Assembly: GCF_963921235.1 (NCBI RefSeq)
Contig: NC_086097.1
Span: 12,834,001-12,898,000, forward strand
Source of the DNA: Mobula hypostoma
Taxonomy: Eukaryota
Reading direction: 5' to 3'
DNA length: 64,000 nucleotides
The position numbers were made by a program, and so were the translations under genes. The notes beneath the pieces were generated by a model. That model was not told the origin of the DNA, searched no databases, and saw only the letters and a program-made list of their open reading frames with translations. The stretch's first letter is position 1. Each line of letters begins with the position of its first letter. Shown in pieces: positions 39,150 through 52,989 of the stretch.

Positions 39150-41250
39150 TTTCTATCCATGTCAGTACCCTACCCCCAATAGCATGTGCTCCAATTTTTC
39201 CTACTAATCTCCTATGTGGGAACTTATCAAAGGCCTTCTGAAAGTCCAGGTACACTACATGCACTGGCTCTCCCTTGTCCATTTTCATAGTTACATCCTC
39301 AAAAAATTCCATAAGATTAGTCAAGCATGATTTTCCCTTTGTAAATCCATACTGACTCGGACCAATCCTGTTACTGCTATCCAGATGTGCGGCTATTTCA
39401 TCTTTTATAATTGACTCCAACATCTTCTCCATCACTGATGTCAGGCTAACTGGTTTATAAGTCCCTATTTTCTCTCTCCCTCCTTTCTTAAAAAGTGGGA
39501 TAACATTAGCTACCCTCCAATCCACAGGAACTGATCCTGAATCTATAGAACATTGGAAAATGATTACCAATGCATCCATGATTTCTAGAGCCACCTCCTT
39601 AAGTATCCTGAGATGCAGACCATCAGGTCCCGGGGACTTATCAGCTTTCAGTTCCATTAGTCTATCCAACACCATTTTCTGCCTAATGTGAATTTCCTTC
39701 AGTTCCTCCGTTACCCTAGGTCCTCTGGCCACTATTACATCTGGGAGATTGTTTGTGTCTTCCCTAGTGAAGACAGATCCAAAGTACTTGTTCAACTCGT
39801 CTGCCATTTCTTTGTTCCTCATAATAAATTTACTCGTTTCTGAATTCAAGGGCTCAACTTTGGTCTTAACTAATCTTTTCCTCTTCGCATACCTAAAAAA
39901 GCTTTTACTATCTTCCTTTATATTCTTTGCTAGCTTACCTTCGTATCTCATCTTTTCTCCCCGTATTGCCTTTTTAGTTATCTTCTGTTTCTCTTTAAAA
40001 GTTTCCCAATCCTCTGGCTTCCCGCTCATCTTTGCTATGTTATACTTCTTCTCTTTTATTTTTATACTGTCCTTGACTTCCTTTGTCAGCCACAGTCGCC
40101 CTTACTCCCCTTAGAATCTTTCTTCCTCTTTGGAATGAACTGATCCTGCACCTTCTGCATTATTCCCAGAAATACCTGCCATTGTTGTTCCACTGTCATC
40201 CCTGCTAGGGTATCTTTCCAGTCAACTTTGGCCAGCTCCTCCCTCAGGGCTCCATAGTCCCCTTTGTTCAACTGTAATACTGACACTTCTGATTTTCCCT
40301 TCTCCCTCTCAAATTATAAATTAAAACTTATTATATTATGGTCATTACCTCCTAATGGTTCCTTTACCTTGAGTTCCCTTATCAAATCTGGTTTATTACA
40401 CAACACTAGATCCAGAATTGACTTTTCCCTGGTAGGTTCCAGTACAAGCTGCTCTAAGAATCTATCTCGGAGGCACTCCACAAACTCCCTTTCTTGAGGT
40501 CCAGTACCAACCTGATTTTCCCAGACTACCTGCATGTTGAAATCCCCCATAACAACCATAGCATTACCTTTGCAACATGCCAATTTTAACTCTTGATTCA
40601 ACTTGCAACCTATATCCAGGCTACTGTTTGGGGGCCAATAGATAACTCCCATTAGGGTCTTTTTGCCCTTACAATTTCTCAGTTCTATCCATACTGACTC
40701 TACATCTCCTGATTCTAAGTCCCCCCGCGCAAGGGACTGAATTTCATTCCTCACCAATAGAGCCACTTCACCCCCTCCGCCCACCTGTCTGTCCTTTCGA
40801 TAGGATGTATATCCTTGAATATTCATTTCCCAGCCCTGGTCCTCTTGCAGCCATGTCTCTGTTATTCCTACAACATCATACTTGCCAATTTCCAACTGAG
40901 CCTCAAGCTCATCCACTTTATTTCTTATACTTTGTGCATTCATACATAATATTTTTAATCCATTACGCCCCTCACCTTTCACATTGATTCCTATTGCACT
41001 TGGCCATACTCTCCAATCCCTTCCTGAGCTTTCTGCCCCATTAATTCTGTTGTCTTTCTTAACTTTTCCTATTCTCTCTTTCCCTTTAACTCCATCCTTA
41101 TATTTCCTCTCCTCCCCCCAACTACTTAGTTTAAACACACCCGTGTAGCAGTGACAAACCTGTCTGACAGAATGCTGGTCTCCCGCCTGTTAAGTTGCAA
41201 CCCATCCCTTTTGTACAGTTCGTCCTTAACCCGAAACAGATCCCAGTGGT
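39150..41250 (-). mobile_element. CR1 LINE 5' part: ORF1 C-terminus, AP-endonuclease and N-terminal RT
   Basis: ORFs 40314-41138 (MNAQSIRNK, ITETWL, MGDFN, NDHN) and 39124-40029 (KSPGPDG, YKPVSLTS, DFQKAFD); ORF1-like HWDLF...LYKRDGLQLN at about 41130-41250. Confidence 0.95.
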
Positions 41251-41554
41251 GAGCCGAATAATGGCCAGTCGTGAAACCCTAAGAGCGGGCCCCATTCCCG
41301 CAGCATGTAACTCCAGGTCAGGGTCTTCAGAAGAACGGAGAAGTAGATCGGAGGACAAGATCAGATCAGCCATGATCCTATCGTATGTTGGAGGAGACGA
41401 AAGGGCCTGCTGAGCCAACTTGTGCTCTTACTTCCCGTGGTCTTATTCACTGTCTGTAGTGACTACTCTGCTCACTCTAACTCACTGGCAGCCGGCTTCT
41501 GTATCCCTTTTAAACTCACTGGGGCTACAGTTCCTACACTCCCTGGGACCACAT

Positions 41555-41952
41555 GTTTTTTTTTACCAAAATAAACTTTATTTATATTAAAAATTATTTA
41601 CAAGTGTTAAGCATGTGTTTTCATTGTTAATTCATAGTCAATGCCTTCAGCTCTATTCTTCTTCATTTCTTAAAAGCAGTAGGACTGTTGCCACTCATGT
41701 AGCTCCCTGGGATGGTACACTACTAGGATAATTGAGAGGCTTCCTCAACCAACACACCCTCATTCTCCCTCTCCTATAGTGGAAAAACCCTGTACTGTGG
41801 TCCTCCCCCATCGAGCCTTTGTGGTGGCTGCACCAAGCTTCAGTGCATCCCTCAGAATGTACCCCTGCAGCCTGGAATGTGCCATTTGGCAGCATTTCAC
41901 CACGGACATCTCGGTGTACTGGCAGACCAACAAGTTCGGACAGACCCAGGGC
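41555..41952 (-). mobile_element. Tx1/L1-clade LINE 3' end
   Basis: Minus-strand translation NLLVCQYTEMSVVKCCQMAHSRLQGYILRDALKLGAATTKARWGRTTV; AATAAA and a poly(A) tail. Confidence 0.7.
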
Positions 41953-42239
41953 CGTCACCATAGTTCCCGCATGCTCTTTAAACTCACTGGGATCAGAGTT
42001 CCTTGTCTCTCTTTAAACTCACTCAGACCACAGCTCCTACACTCACTGGGATCCTGTTTCTGACACTTGCTTAATGATAAACACGTTTACTGAAAGTTTG
42101 TTTTCATTGCTCAGTACTTTTTAAAAAGCAAATTAGAAGTGTTATGGTATTAATAAGGAAATACCCGATTGTCTAGAATATTGCATAGTCTGACATCACC
42201 CAAGTCGTGAGCATGACAGATTAACAAAGATGTTGCTTG

Positions 42240-42690
42240 CATTAGAGAATGTAACTTGTGGGGAAAAGTTGAATAAAGTAGGGTTTTTCTCTTTGGAAGG
42301 CTGACAGGCAATTTGATAGAGGGGTATAAAGTTATAAGAGGTTTAGACAGAGTGGACAGCCAGTGCCTTTTTCTCAGGGTGATAATGGCTAATGCCAAGA
42401 GGACATCCTTTTCAGGCTAGTGGAGGAAGGCTTAGGGGGGATATCAGGGGCAGAATTTTTACACAGCGAGTGGCAGTGTCCAGAAAGCACTGCTGGGAGT
42501 GGTGGGTGAGGCTGATACATTAAGGACGTTTAAAAGACTTTTAGATAGGCACATTGTCAAAAGAAAATTGGAGGGTTGTGGGCTGTAGGAAGGAGGAGTT
42601 GGATTGATTGTGGAGTAGGTTAAATGTTGACACAACATCATAGGCCAAAAGGCCTGTACTGTACTGTTCTATTATCTATGTTCTGTGTTC
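42240..42690 (+). mobile_element. CR1 3' end
   Basis: Diverged relative of 31030-31361. Confidence 0.8.
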
Positions 42691-43939
42691 AACACCTTAT
42701 ATGGTCCCCTAAAATCATACTTTAGGAAAGGAGGGTTACGGTCCATGACCCTTTTAGCGTGATCTAGGCCTTTGACATGGTGACTGATAACTACCCTCTA
42801 AAATAGACAAGCAAAACACTCATGAAGATTGGAGGTAACATCAGCAGCCATAACTGGTGAATGAATAAACTAAAGAGTAAAGAGTAAAGTAAAGTCTGTG
42901 TGAAGATGTTGTTCCCTCCTGTCTGTCTCGGCACTCCCCTTGGACACTTTCTCTTGAGCGTCAGTTGTCTCCATCCATGATGTGAAATTAAAGTTAATTT
43001 CTGACACTGAGGATCCTTACTGTAAATCTTGCTTTTTTCACTTCTTTCAAGAATCCTCTTCTGTTACTGCCCTGTCTGTTTTCTTGCATCTTGGTCCTTC
43101 TAGTCTGTTTCTTTATATTTTCAAGGCAGGTCTTGATTCACTTGTATTCTACTAAATATTAAGGGGTAGAGGGACAGAAAAGCTGGCCAGACTCAGCCAA
43201 TTAGGTAGCATGTATGGAAAGAGAGACACTTGGGACTGCTGATGACCACAGTGGAGGTTTGGAAAAAGCTGCAGCAAGTTGAAAACTTGGTCAGACCCAT
43301 CGTGGACACTAGTCTCCCCAGCATCCAGAACATCTTCAAAAAATGATACCTCAAAAAGAGAGCATCCATCATTAAGGACATGCCCTCTTCCCATTGCTAC
43401 CATCAGGGAGGAGGTACAGGAGCCTGAAGACACACACTCAACATTTCAGCAACAGCTTCTTCCCCTCCACCATCAGATTTCTGAGTGGAAAATGAACCCA
43501 TGTGCTAGTGCACATTTTTCCTCTCTTTTACACTACTTATTTAATTTAAGTGCATGTATGTTTATTTTTTACATATATTCTGATTCCATAGGAATCTAGA
43601 GCAACACAGGAAAAACACTAGAGGAAGTTAATGAATCAGGTAACGTTAATGTTGTCAAATGTACCATCACTGTTTTGGGTCGACCCCTTCATCTGGACCG
43701 GAAGGGCCCAGCTGAAGGCTCACGACCTGACAGCTTGCCTGATGATGCCTAACTCACTGAGTTCCTCCAGAACTTTGTGCATTGCTCTGTAGAAAGAGAA
43801 ACCTGTTAATATTTCAAGTCAAAACCCTTTTATCTTAATGCAACCCTAGCTAAATTCCTCCAACATTTCTGTTTTCAGTATAGATTCTGGTATCTACTTT
43901 CCAGTTCACATTTGTCTTTGGTAGCCAGAGTTTCAGTTT

Positions 43940-44370
43940 CCTATGTGTTAACATAGAACAGTACAGCACAAATAAAGGCAACAATGCTATATGCCTTCTT
44001 AACCACCCTAATAACATATGCACCTGCTTTCAGGGAGCTATGAACTTGGACCCCAAGGTCCCTTTGTTCCTCAACACTGCTAAGGATCTTGCATTTAACA
44101 GTGTACTGTCTCTTTGCATTTGATCTACCAAGGTACAATACTCAGGTATGGCTGGGATGAACTCTATCTGACATTTCTCCATCCAAATACAAATGATCCA
44201 TATCCTACTTTATTCTTTGCCGGTCTTCTATGACCAATCTTGATACCATCTGCAAACCTACTAACTCACCCATCTACTACATTTCCAGCCAGGACTTCAT
44301 GTGCATGACAAACAGCAGAGATCCCTGTAGAACACCACTAATCACAGATCTCCAGCTAGAACAAGTCCTT
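43940..44370 (-). mobile_element. Degenerate CR1 RT fragment
   Basis: SVEEQRDLGVQVHSSLK...VVKKAY. Confidence 0.8.
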
Positions 44371-45349
44371 TGTTTGTCATTCATCATAGTTCCCATTGCT
44401 TTCATTAAAGAGGATGGGGTTAAAAATCTCCTCCTTACTCAGGGATTTTACCACAGCCATTCTAAGAGCTTCCTTTGCCTTCTTCAAATGAGGCAGAAAG
44501 GGTTAAAAGTCCTCTTTCCCCGATGATTTCGGCTAAGCCAGATTTGAAGCCTCCTATCGTTCTTTCTTCTTATATTCAGCTCTACTGAAGCAAAAAAGGG
44601 TTAAAATCTCCTGGGATTTTGGGCCAATCCTCCGCCAAAGACATGGCAGCTGAACAGGAGACTCCCAGAGGAAATTTCTACTGTATGTTTGTATTTCTCA
44701 TGAACAACAAGGAGACATGTGTTTAGCACTCGTTCTATCACTTCCACTTCAGAAGGGATGAATCTGACTCGTGCTCTGCCACACAAACTCTCAAGATTAA
44801 AGGAAAAATGGAGCTCCACCAAGAAAACCAGCTTCTGCAGAAACGAGACGGTATTGAACTCATGCTGTGTGTTAATAGCAAAGAGCACCCCAAGTTGTTC
44901 ATCTTCCTCTGTACACTACCTTAAGAGTTGGTACAACCCATTTGTTTTAACGCCTCATTAAGATAACAGACAGAGGAATTTGATACCAGCATGTTAACAC
45001 ATTCGTTACTAATTGGCACAGCGCGATTTCAACCCATATTTGATTAAAAAGAGTGTTGTTTGGGAGGAAGAAAATTGAATTGCAAAGTTTTCAGACTTGC
45101 CGCATCCTGGAAACCTTCCGGAGGCTTTTTAGAAGTTGCTGATATTTTTGACAGTGAAGTTAACACCAAGGATTGAGAATTGAATGTTCTTTCCTTGCCG
45201 CTGAGTTGATTGGATTAACATTCAATGGAACTGGAAAACAAGTAAAATTACAGATGCTGGAATCTGAAACAGAAATAGAAACAGAAACAGAAACACTGGA
45301 AGAACTCAGCCAGTCAAGCAGAACATGCGGAAGGAAAAACTAATGTTTC

Positions 45350-45800
45350 GTCACATCGAGCGTGCTTGATGACTCTGGGCCTGTATTCACTAGAATTCAG
45401 AAGAATGAGGATGTGGCCTACTTGGAACCTATCAAATGGTGAAAGGCCTTGATAGAGTGGATGTGGAGAGGATGTTTCCTATGCTGGGCGAGTCTAAAAC
45501 CAGAGGTCACAGGCTTAGATTAGAATAGTGTCCTTTTAGAAAAGAGATGAGGAGGAAATACTTTAGCCAGAGAGTGGTAAATCTATGGCATTCATTGCCA
45601 CAGGCAGCTGTGCAAATCTTTATGTATATTTAAGGCAGAAGCTGATAGCTTCTCGATTGGTCAGTGCATGAAGGGATAGGGGGTGAAAGAAGGAGTTTGG
45701 CACTCAGAGGAAAATTGGATTAGCCATGATGAATTAGCAGAGCAGATGCAATGGGCCAAATGGCCTAATTCTGCTCCTATATCATATGGTCTTATGGTCT
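45350..45800 (+). mobile_element. CR1 3' end inserted in a Penelope fold-back remnant
   Basis: CR1 C-terminal codons, 3' UTR and (tatggtct)n tail. Confidence 0.85.
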
Positions 45801-46236
45801 TAGGGTTAGAGATCCTCCCTCAGCTGGCCCAAAATGTTGACTGATCTCTCTTTCCATAGATACTGCTTGACAGGCCAAGTTCATCCACTATTAATGCTTT
45901 TGAATGGAGCTGGATCTGACTGAGGCACATTTTGTTTCCAATTTGTAATTTCCCATTGTTAGGTCTATGGAACTAACAGGAAACGGTCCTTATGGTTTTA
46001 CTAAAGGTTCTTCTTGCTTCCTGCAATGATGCTCTTCTCAGAACTAGAAATTGGAAGGAAGATGGTGGTGGGGGGTGGGGTATGGCAGCTAGTGGTTATC
46101 ACAATGCAGTGACCCCCTTTCAATTCCTATTGCTACCTGTAAGGAGTTTGTACGTTCTCCCCGTGACTCGTGGGTTTCCTCCGGGTGCTCTGAATTCCTC
46201 CCACAGTTTGAAGATGTACCTGTTGGTAGGTTAATT

Positions 46237-46991
46237 GAACATAGAACACAGAACATATACAGCACAGTACAGGCCCTTCGGCCCACAATGTTGTGCCGAC
46301 CCTCAAACCCTGCCTCCCATATAATCCCCCACCTTAAATTCCCTCCATATACCTGTCTAGTAGTCACTTAAACTTCACTACTGTATCTGCCTCCACCATT
46401 GACTCAGGCAGTGTATTCCACGCACCAACCACTCTCTGAGTAAAAAACCTTCCTCTAATATCCCCCTTGAACCTTCCACCCCTTACCTTAAAGCCATGTT
46501 GTCTTGTATTGAGCAGTGGTGCCCTGGGGAAGAGGCACTGACTATCCACTCTATCTATTCCTCTTTTTATCCTGTACACCTCTATCATGTCTCCTCTCAT
46601 CCTCCTTCTCTCCAAAGAGTAAAGCCCTAGCTCCCTTAATCTCTGATCTTAATCCATACTCTCTAAACCAGGCAGCATCCTGGTAAATCTCCTCTGTACC
46701 CTTTCCAATGCTTCCACATCCTTCCTATAGTGAGGTGACCAGAACTGGACACAGTACTCCAAGTGTGGCCTAACCAGAGTTTTATAGAGCTGCATCATTA
46801 CATCGCGACTCTTAAACTCTATCCCTCGACTTGTGAAAGCTAACACCCCATAAGCTTTCTTAACTACCCTATCCACCTGTGAGGCAACTTTCAGAGATCT
46901 GTGGACATGTACCCCCAGATCCCTCTGCTCCTCCACACTACCAAGTATCCTGCCATTTACTTTGTACTCCGCCTTGGAGTTTGTCCTTCCA
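46237..46991 (-). mobile_element. Young 5'-truncated CR1 nested in a V-SINE (46075-46236 and 46992-47095)
   Basis: LYKTLVRPHLEYCVQFWSP; the SINE sequence resumes after the insertion. Confidence 0.93.
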
Positions 46992-48008
46992 ATTAGTCTT
47001 TGTAAATTGCCCTGTGATTAGGCTAGGGGTTGCTGGGAGGCGTGGCTCGAAGGGCTGGATGGGCCAATTCCTCACTGTACCTCAATAAATAAAAAATGAA
47101 GTTTATTATGATGTCTCTAACACCTTTCTACTTAAGCCTAGGTAGGTAAAATCAAATGCTACAGTTGCTAGAAATTTGAAATAAAGGGGGCAAATATGTT
47201 GGAAATACTCAATAGAGAGGGTATCATTACAAAACACCCCCTCTGTTTCATGCACCCTTTATCTCTTTAGTCACCTACTGAGTATTTTCTGCATCTTCTA
47301 TCTTGACTTAAAACTGATAGAGGTTGCCCAATGAGCAGAAAATGGAAACAGATGGTTAAAAATCATTGCCTGTGCATTTGTCAGGATTTGCTCACTGGTT
47401 AACCATTGCTCTGGCTGGGTTGCAAGGAAGATTGTATGAACAATTGGAAGCAGGCATTTGGATTGTTTCTTCAAAGACTCTGCCAATCTTCCATCTGAAT
47501 TAATATGGGAGATTCAAAGAATCCCTGCAGAATTTCTTCTCCCTTTTTAACTCTCTCCTAGAAGATCATCATCAAGGACCTACACCGTGCAGGCCATACT
47601 CTCTTCTTTCTACTGCAATTAAGAAAGGGGCATAAGGAGCCTGAGGACTCATAGCACCAGGTTGAGGAACAGTTATTACTCTTCAAACGTCAGATTTTTT
47701 TAAACAGAAGGACTAACTTCACTCATCTAAACACTGAACACCCAACCTATAGATTCCCTTTTAATAACTCTAAAACATGTTTTTGATATTTATTGTTATT
47801 ACTTTTTGTTCATGTTTGCACAGTTTGTTGTCTTATGCACATTTTTTTTTTGTCTGTCTTTGTTGCATGCAGCTTTTCCTTGATTCTATTATGTCTCGTT
47901 GAATTTTATTGTGAATGCCTACAAGAAAATTAATCTCAAGGTATGGGGACACGTCAACTTTGATCATAAATTTACTTTGAACTTTGGACTTTGAAAATTT
48001 GTATTCAT

Positions 48009-48317
48009 AGGACCGGCTGGTGGCGCAACGACATCAGCGCCAGACCTGGGAGTGGGGGTTCCTGGGTTCGAAGCTAGTCGGGTCCGCCCCCGAGCACGCT
48101 TTCCATCCGTGCGGGGTTGAGTGTGGAGATCGCAACTCGACCTCGTAAAACAAAGGGAAAATGCTGCGAAAAATGTCTGCGTGAGGAGTGGTGGGCCACA
48201 CAGTCTCTCTCTCTCTTGCTCTGCGCCTTGTAAAAAAGCCATGAAAAGTCCATCATCACGAACGCACACGTGCACGCACAGACGCGCACGCGCGCAGGCA
48301 CACGCCAAAAAAAAAAA
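48009..48317 (+). mobile_element. tRNA-derived SINE (head type B, tail type X) with poly(A) and a 16-bp TSD
   Basis: gaaaatttgtattcat at 47993-48008 and 48318-48333; box B-like ggttcgaagc; CpG-rich. Confidence 0.9.
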
Positions 48318-48519
48318 GAAAATTTGTATTCATTAATAGCAGTAGAGTTAGAGCAGGGATCATTGGGCCAGGCTGGAAGGGACTGGAAAGATTCTATGAG
48401 GTAGAAAGGTTGGTTACTGACACTCATTTTATACAGTACCGGCAATGTCTAAGCAGAAAGATGACTCCTCTGACATGCAAGGTCTCCACTAAACTGCTAT
48501 AAGGTTATTGTACTCAAAC

Positions 48520-48880
48520 ATCAGAGGTGCAGAGGGACATAGGAGTCCTCATGCAGGACTCCCAGAAGGTTAATTTACAGGATGAATCTGTAGTAAAGAA
48601 GGCAAATGGAATTCTGCCATTTATTTCAAGGGGAATAGAATATAAAAGCAAGGAAGTAACGCTGAGCCTTTATAAGACACTGGTCAGGCTGCACTTGGAG
48701 TATTGTCAACAGTTTTAGCAGCCTTATCTCAGAAAGGATGTGTTGTCAATGGAGAGAGTCCAGAGGAGGTTCATGAGGATGATTCCGGGAATGAAGGGGA
48801 GTTTGGGCTTGTACTCACTGGAATTTAGAAGAATGTCCGGGATCTCATTGAAACCTACTGAATGTTGAAAAGACTACCAA
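48520..48880 (+). mobile_element. CR1 3' region; continues at 50536-50880 after the Rex insertion
   Basis: QRDIGVL...LYKTLVRLHLEYC; the continuation carries the CR1 3' UTR. Confidence 0.85.
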
Positions 48881-48884
48881 GGGA

Positions 48885-50535
48885 ATCAGAATCAGGTTTA
48901 TTATCACCGGCATGTGACACGAAACTTGTTAACTTAGCAGCAGCAGCTCAATGCAATACATAATCTAGAAGGGGAAAAAGATAAATAAATAAGTAAATCA
49001 ATTACAGTATACGTATATTTAATAGATTTAAAAATGTGCAAAAACAGAAATACTATATATTAAAAAAAGTGAGGTAGTGTCCAAAGGTTCAATGTTCAAT
49101 TAGGAATTGGATGGCAGAGGGGAGGAAGCTGTTCCTGAATAACTGAGTGTGTGTCTTCAGGCTTCTGTACCTCCTACTTGATGGTAACAGTGAGAAAAGG
49201 GCATGCCCTGGGTGTTGGAGGTCCTTAATAATAGATGCTGATATTCTGAGACACCACTCCCTGAAGATATCCTGGGTACTTGGTAAGCTAGTACCCAAGA
49301 TAGAGCTGACTAGAATATACCCCTCTGCAGCTTCTTTCGGTCCTGTGCAGTAGCTCCTCCCCCATACCAGACAGTGATGCAACCTGTCAGAATGCTCTCC
49401 ACAGTACATCTATTGAAGTTTTTGAGTGTAATTGCTGACATGCTAAATCTCTTCAAATTCCTAATAAAGTATAGCTGCTGCCTTGCTTTCTTTATAACTA
49501 CATCGATATGTTGGGACCAGGTTAGATCCTCAAAGATCTTGACATCCAGGAACTTGAAAATGCTCACTCTCTCCACTTCTGATCCCTCTGTGAGGATTGG
49601 TATGTGTTCCTTCGTTTTACCCTTCCAGAAGACCACAATCAGCTCTTTCGTCTTACTGACATTGAGTGCCAGGTTGTTGCTGCAGCACCACTCCACTGGT
49701 TGGCATATCTCACTCCTGTACGCCCTCCTGTCACCACCTGAGATTCTACCAACAATGGTTGTATCATCAGCAAATTTGTAGATGGTATTTGAGCTATGCC
49801 TAGCCACACAGTCATGGGTATAGAGAGAGTAGAGCAGTGGGCTAAGCACACACCCGAGGTGCACCAGTGTTGGTCGTCAGAGAGGAGGATATGTTATCAC
49901 CAATCCGCACAGATTGCATCTTCCGGTTAGGAAGTCGAGGATCCAATTGCAGAGGGAGGGACAGAGGCCCAGGTTCTTCAACTTCTCACTCAAGATTGTG
50001 GGAATGACGGTATTAAATGCTGAGCTATAGTCGATGAACAGCATCCTGACGTAGGTGTTTGTGTTGTCCAAGTGGTCTAAAGCCGTGTGGAGAGCCATTG
50101 AGATTGCGTCTGCCATCGATCGATTGTGGCGATAGGCAAATTGCAATGGGTCCAGGACCTTGCTGAGGCAGGAGTTCATTCTAGTCATGACAAACCTCTC
50201 AAAGCATTTCATCACTGTCGATGTCAGTGCCACCAGGCGATAGTCATTAAGGCAGCTCACATTGTTCTTCTAGGCTCTGGTATAATTGTTGCCTTTTTGA
50301 AGCAAGTGGGAACTTCCGCCCGTAGCAGTGAGAGGTTGAAAGTGTCCTTGAATACTCCCGCTAGTTGATTGATGCAGGTTTTCGGAGCCTTACCAAGATG
50401 AAGGTTCTCCATCGGGACCTTCTGCCTTGCGAGGGTTCACTCTCTTTTAAGACAGCCTAACATCAGTCTCTGAGACAGAGATCACAGGGTCATCAGGTGC
50501 ACCAGAAATCTTCACAGCTGTAGTTGTGTTCTGCC
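48885..50535 (-). mobile_element. Rex/Babar-type LINE, RT region to 3' tail
   Basis: [48 protein letters not shown] and KFADDTT; (ctgatt)n tail. Confidence 0.92.
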
Positions 50536-51000
50536 TGGATATGGAAAGGATTTTTCCTATGGTGGGGGTATCCAGAACTAGAGAGCACAGCCTCAAAATT
50601 GAGGGGCAACCCTTGAGAACAGAGGTAAGGCGGAAGTTTTTTTAAATAGTGAGTAATAAATCTGTGGATTGCTCTGACACAGACTGCAGTGGAGGCCATG
50701 TCCATGAGAATATTTAAGGCCAAAGTTGATCGTTTCTTGATCGGTCAGGGCATCAAAGAATATAGTGAGAAGGCAGGTGCATGGTGTTGAATGGAATCCC
50801 AGATCAACCATGATGAGATGGTGGAGCAGACTCGATGGGTTGAAGGCCTAATTCTGTTCATATGTCTTATGGTCTTATGTTTTATTGTTGGAACTTTTGA
50901 CTCACGACTTAAGACCTTCAGAAGTTAGAATTACAGTCACTGGCAGAGGTCGTAAAATTTGTTGCTTTGTGGTAACAGTACATTACAATACACAATAATA

Positions 51001-52974
51001 ACCACTCACATTGACAACCCCAATATACTTACAGAAGAGCAGAAAGGATGCTGTAAGTGTATGAAAGGATGTAAAGAACAACTGATAATATATTCCGTAA
51101 TTCTAAATCAAGTCCAGAGGAAAAGCAGAAATCTTTCATGTTGTTATATTGGCTACCAAAAAACATTTGATTGTGTCCCATACTCATCGTTAATAGAAAC
51201 TCCTAAAATATATAAACTACGCCCAATACTTGTAAAATTCTTACAACATCTGATGAAGCATTGGCCTACTATAATCACCCTACAACCACCACTATCAAAA
51301 TAAACTGAGGCGTTTTCCCAAGCCACTCTCTAAGTCCACTCTGATTTTGTCTAGCTTTAATCCACACCCTAATTTACTGAATCATATGAAATAGGATATC
51401 AAATCAGAAACAACTAAACAATTAATACCTTGCCAAACCTTCCATACATGGACGAATTGCATCTGCCTTCATTGGTAAAGCTGACACAACTAATTCAAAT
51501 GGTAGAACTACTTTCTAAAGATATAAACATGAACTTTGGAGTAGATAAGTACAGAATATTAAACATAAAGAAAGGTATAAATAGTAAAATATAAAACTGA
51601 GCAGCAGCATACAATACAACTGATGGGTGAAAAGTACCTAGGATATCACCAAGCAAAGAAAACAGGTCATACTGCGATAAAGGGGAAACTTTTGACAGAA
51701 TTTACTTCAAGGCTTAAGAAAACAGAGTAAAAATGTAATAAAGGCAATAAAAACTTTTACTATAGCTATATTAATGTATTATTTTGGCATAATATCTTGG
51801 TCCAAAACCGATCTAGAAAATTTGCGAAGAAAAATAAGATATGAGAGGATAAATTTTAGAAAGCACTATGTACACTTGAACACAGTTAGATTAACGCTAT
51901 CTAGGACAGAAGGAGGAAGAGGAATAACAGACATAACAAATTTACACAACAGATAAAACCCCTAAGAATATACCTTCAGCAACAAAAACAGAATTCAGCA
52001 CTCCACGTAAGCATATACAATTCTGATAAGTACATACCAGTAAACGTAAATGAAAACACAACCCAGAAAAATAAAGAAATCATCATTACTGAAGAAAAAG
52101 TTAACCAATGGAAGAGCATGACTCTCCAAGGAAGACATCTCCGTGATCTGAGCGGACTAGATTTTGACGAGGAAGTGTCAAATGCTTGGCTCGGAGTTGG
52201 AGACCTCCTTGCAGAAATAGAGGGGTTCCTTGTCGCAATACAGGACCAGGAGGTTAACATAATAAATTGCAAAAATACATAATAAAAGACTATCAAATTC
52301 AAGATGCAAGAAATGTCAAGAGATATCAGAAACAATCCAGCACATTATCAGATCCTGCAGCAGTTTAACGCAATCTGATTACTTACTCAGGCACAATCAG
52401 GTGGCAAGTATTGATCACCAAAATCTTGCTTTAAGGATCATGACAGCTTAAAAGCCTGATCCAATTTTAGAGTCATAGTTCTGCAAATTATATTATGACT
52501 GATTCATTATTACAGATAGGCCAACCCATAATAACCATCCAGATATGATATTACAAGATAAGCAAGAAAGAACAATTTACGTAATCAATATAGCCGCTCC
52601 AAATGCACATAAAATACAGAAATCAAGAAGTGAAAAACACCAGAAACATGCTGAAATAAAAGAGGAAATTGAAAGACTATGGAACGTAGACGGGGCATAT
52701 ATTGTCCCAATAGCAACAGCTACAACTTCTCAAGGCCTCCGACAGTCAGGGTCGACTATGGATATCTAAAACTAGTATCATCTCAAAGTCACCACAAATA
52801 GCATTAAGCAATTAAGCCTACACTGCAATTTGTATGTGAATCTCCCAAAAGCCACGATACCAAACACTACTAGAAGAGTTGGAAAGTTCCTGCCAATTGA
52901 GAAATGAGTGTGCTTGGCTATGCCCATAACTCAGGGTTTACTCGCCTGAGCTGAGAAAAAATAAAAAAAAATAC
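51001..52974 (+). mobile_element. R4/Dong-clade non-LTR retrotransposon (RT + CCHC + restriction-like endonuclease), decayed and 5'-truncated
   Basis: EEQKGC...GCKEQLII, RLTLSRTEGGRG, EIEGFLVAIQDQ, CKKCQEISETIQHIIRSC, RHNQVA and NHPDMIL...EKHQKH motifs; A-rich tail. Confidence 0.88.
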
Positions 52975-52989
52975 CAATAATATTCTTAA

